64,000 nucleotides of DNA, taken from IMG/VR virus record IMGVR_UViG_3300037400_002591, positions 1 to 64,000 of that record. One strand, given 5' to 3'. A program made the translations under genes and the position numbers. The notes under the pieces were generated by a model. It was not told the origin of the DNA. It did not search any database and saw only the letters and a program-made list of their open reading frames with translations. This stretch comes from a virus (lineage: Duplodnaviria > Caudoviricetes). Positions 60,794 through 64,000 of this stretch are shown here, one piece after another (the stretch's first letter is position 1; the number at the start of each line of letters is the position of its first letter).

Positions 60794-62308
60794 ATGGAAA
60801 ATACTTTTTTAGATAGTATGAAAAGAGATATGAATTATACAGAAACTGAAAATGGCGGAATTACTCATAAGTCAACTCTAGATGCTGTGTACGATATGTT
60901 CGCACTTGGTGGAGCATACCGCAGCCGCAGTGATGAAGATTGTATATTACTTTTTAAGAAGGCTCTTGAAGAAAATGAAGAACTTGCTTTAAAATGTTTA
61001 TTCTACCTTCGTGATATAAGATGCGGGCAAGGCGAGCGTAGATTCTTCCGTGTATGTTTTAAATGGTTAGCAAAAAACTATCCAGAATTAGCATTTAGAA
61101 ATTTAGATAATATACCTGAATATGGTAGATGGGATGACCTATACTGCGTAGAAGGAACTGAATTAAGAGCAGATGCTTTTGATGTAATTCAATGTCAATT
61201 AAATAAAGATTTAATGTCATTAAAAGAAGGAGAAAAAGAGGGCGTATCTTTACTTGGTAAATGGTTAAAATCAGAAAATGCTTCCGCAGAAGATACAAAA
61301 TATTTAGCTAATCAAACTAGAATTGCTCTTGGATATTCTCATAAAAAATATCGTAAAATTTTATCAGCTTTGCGTACAAGAATTAATATTGTAGAAAAAC
61401 TTATGTCAGAAGGCAGATGGGAAGAAATTGAATTTGCAAAACTACCAAGTAAAGCAGGTTTAATTTATAGAAATGCGTTTGCTCATAATGACTTAATTAA
61501 AGATAAATACGAGGCATTTATCAATAGTAAAGAAACTAAAGTAAATGCGGCAACACTTTATCCATATGAAATTGTTAAAAAGGTTACTGATACTCTTGAT
61601 TATTGGGGACATACAGACTTAGAAGAAACAGAAAGAGAAGTTCTTAATAAATATTGGGCTAATCAAAAAGATTACTTAGAAGGTAAACCTTGTAAAATGA
61701 TGTGCGTAGTAGATACATCTGGTTCAATGGACAGTTCATATGGCACAAGTGTCAAACCTATTGATGTAGCTATTTCACTTGGAATGTATTGTGCAGAAAG
61801 AATTGGAGAACCTTTTAAAAATTATTTCATTAGTTTCTCAAGTAGACCTCAATTAATTGAAGTTGAAGGAATAGACTTCTGTGATAAAGTTAAAAGAATA
61901 TATCAACAAAATCTTTGTGAAAACACAGACTTAAAAGCGGTATTTGATATGTTGCTTAATATGTATACAAGCGGCAAGGTTAATCCTGAAGATATGCCAG
62001 AACAACTTGTTGTAATTTCAGATATGGAAATTGATCGCGGATCTTATTGGAGAGATGCTCATAGAAGAAATACTGAAATGGAAGCTATTAGAAATCAATG
62101 GGCAATGGTAGGAGTAAAAATGCCAAAATTAGTATATTGGAATTGTAGTGCTCGCCATAATAATATTTTAGATGACCCAGATAATGAAGATGTAACTTTT
62201 GTATCAGGATGTTCACCAGTAATTTTTCAAAGTGTTATAACTGGTAAAAGTGGAATTCAGCTTATGTTAGAAAAACTAAATAGTGATAGGTATAAGCAAG
62301 TAAAATAG
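60794..62308 (+). CDS. DUF2828 / TROVE(Ro60)-like helical domain + VWA protein
   Basis: TENG..T, FYLRDIR.GQGER, YGRWDDL, GKWLKS, LYPYEIV, VVDTSGSM, VISDME, VYWN. Confidence 0.8.
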   Translation: MENTFLDSMKRDMNYTETENGGITHKSTLDAVYDMFALGGAYRSRSDEDCILLFKKALEENEELALKCLFYLRDIRCGQGERRFFRVCFKWLAKNYPELAFRNLDNIPEYGRWDDLYCVEGTELRADAFDVIQCQLNKDLMSLKEGEKEGVSLLGKWLKSENASAEDTKYLANQTRIALGYSHKKYRKILSALRTRINIVEKLMSEGRWEEIEFAKLPSKAGLIYRNAFAHNDLIKDKYEAFINSKETKVNAATLYPYEIVKKVTDTLDYWGHTDLEETEREVLNKYWANQKDYLEGKPCKMMCVVDTSGSMDSSYGTSVKPIDVAISLGMYCAERIGEPFKNYFISFSSRPQLIEVEGIDFCDKVKRIYQQNLCENTDLKAVFDMLLNMYTSGKVNPEDMPEQLVVISDMEIDRGSYWRDAHRRNTEMEAIRNQWAMVGVKMPKLVYWNCSARHNNILDDPDNEDVTFVSGCSPVIFQSVITGKSGIQLMLEKLNSDRYKQVK

Positions 62309-62328
62309 GCGGCAACCGCCTATTTTTT
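62304..62328 (+). terminator. intrinsic terminator
   Basis: AATAGGCGG-CAA-CCGCCTATT + T run. Confidence 0.75.
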
Positions 62329-62439
62329 ATTGATTTTTTATAAAATATATGATATAATTATTATAGAAAATGAAGGACAAATGTATTATAACAGGAGATA
62401 CAATTTTTCATATATATTAAAAGAAAGAGAGGTTTTATA

Positions 62440-63201
62440 ATGGGAAAAGTAAAAGATGAAACTGGAAATGTATATGGAAAATTAACAGTATTACAAAGAG
62501 GAGAAAATGCAGGAAGACTTGCAACATGAATTTGTCAATGTGAATGTGGTAATATCATTACAGTTAAAGGTACTTCTTTACGCAGTGGAAATACTAAATC
62601 CTGTGGATGTCAAAAATATATTGGATTGCAGAAACAACAAACAATCCAAAATAAAAGTTCAATTCAAATTGGAAATCAATATGGAAAATTAACAGTTTTA
62701 AAGGAATTAGATTTAAGACCTCATGGAACTCAAGGGCATAATAGAAGATGATATTTATGTCAATGTGAATGTGGTAATATTATTGAGGCTATGGGAAATT
62801 CTTTACAATCAGGGCATAAAAAATCTTGCGGGTGTATTAAATCAAATGGTGAAGCTTATATTGAAAAATTATTAAAAGAAAATAAAATAGAATATAAATC
62901 AGAAGTAATAGATGAATTATTAGTAAAACAATATAATAGAAGATTAAGATTTGATTTTGGTATTTATAAAAATGATAAGTTAATAAAATATATAGAATTT
63001 GATGGTAGACAACATAAAGATGGTTTTGATAAAGGTATCTGAAGTCATACTGAAACTTATGATATTATAAAAGAAAGAGATGAAATAAAAAATCAATTTT
63101 GTAAAGAACATAAAATAGTATTAGCTAGAATACCTTATTGAACTATTAGAAATAACAACTTAATATTAGAAGATATATTAGGAGATAAATATAATATATA
63201 A
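62440..63201 (+). CDS. free-standing homing endonuclease (CxC repeats + Vsr-like domain; 4 TGA-Trp)
   Basis: YGKLTV..(W)ICQCECG..KSCGC twice; LRFDF..IEFDGRQH..RD..K..C..RIPY; 253 aa in code 4. Confidence 0.88.
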
Positions 63202-63216
63202 GAAAGGAGTGATAAT

Positions 63217-63921
63217 ATGAGGTTTTTTGTGACTGGGGACACACACGGCAATTTAGACCGTATATATAATTGGATAGATAGAATGAATTTTAATGATTTT
63301 GAAATTAATATTATCATAGCGGGTGATGCTGGGATATGTTGGCGTAAAGATAAAAGAGATTTAAAACAAACTATTCAATTTCACGAAGATAATTATAATT
63401 TTCATATCTGGTTTATAGATGGTAATCACGAAAACTTTGATGTGTTAAAATCATATGAACCCGATGAATATGGAATTGTTAATATAAGTCCACATATTCA
63501 TTATATACCAAGAGGCACAGGCTTATTTATTCAAACTGATGCTGGGGTAAGGTCTATATTATGTTGCGGCGGTGCTGATAGCATAGATAAATTTCGTAGA
63601 ACTCCACATATAAGTTGGTGGGCTGATGAAACTATTACTCCAGAAGATATATATAAATGTTTAGAACATAAAAAAGATATAAAAAAAGTTGATTATATAA
63701 TCACACATTGTTGTCCATATAGTGTGTTTAAAAGATATGCAGTTTATTTAATTACATTAGATGGTATTGACCAAAGTACAGTTGAACATGAATCTGAGTT
63801 AATGTTAGAACAGCTTGCCGCAAATATGGATTTTGATAAATGATTTTTTGGACACTATCATGTAGATAAACAACTTGATGATAAATACACTTGTTTATTA
63901 AATGATTTTATAGAATTATAA
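63217..63921 (+). CDS. metallophosphoesterase (1 TGA-Trp)
   Basis: GDTHG, AGD, DGNHE, ITHC, (W)FFGHYH after readthrough. Confidence 0.9.
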
Positions 63922-64000
63922 AAGAGGAAGGGAATGAAATAAATGAAAAAAAGAGATTTTAATTATTTTGAAACTAATTTTGCTATAATAACAGGATTAT

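Overview
Fragment of a large, very AT-rich lytic dsDNA phage of a walled low-GC Gram-positive (Bacillota-like) host. Support for that host: sigmaA-type TTGAYT-17-TATAAT promoters, AGGAGG RBSs, a CodY-like regulator and a lytic transglycosylase. The window uses genetic code 4 (TGA=Trp): many ORFs split in the supplied track fuse into intact proteins, and the gene ends I checked are all TAA/TAG. 1-38.7 kb (minus strand) is replication, nucleotide metabolism and RNA repair: def, nrdG, intron-split nrdD, DnaE, RecD-like helicase, RecJ, primase, DnaB, Sak4-like ATPase, ligA, gyrA, intron-split gyrB, RNase H, RNA ligase/kinase/phosphoesterase. 38.8-58.5 kb (plus strand) is an RNA-gene island: about 25 tRNA genes covering all 20 amino acids, tmRNA, two large ncRNA candidates, degenerate tRNA-like RNAs and homing endonucleases. 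Then come an inverted tail-like module, a DUF2828/TROVE-like VWA protein and a metallophosphoesterase. Most striking: (1) a tRNA-Trp gene with two tandem anticodon arms (UCA and CCA), the only UGA decoder in the window; (2) a tRNA-Ile(GAU) split at the anticodon by a ribozyme-less endonuclease insert closed by a ~26-bp helix; (3) five dispersed copies of a stem+ACAGCAA small-RNA scaffold, some displaying anticodon stem-loops; (4) a cassette chain at the gyrB 3' end, bounded by a repeated 27-nt stop/RBS/start unit; (5) TGA-Trp codons concentrated in homing endonucleases and nrdG but absent from core replication genes. All family names come from motif recognition by eye; no searches were run.
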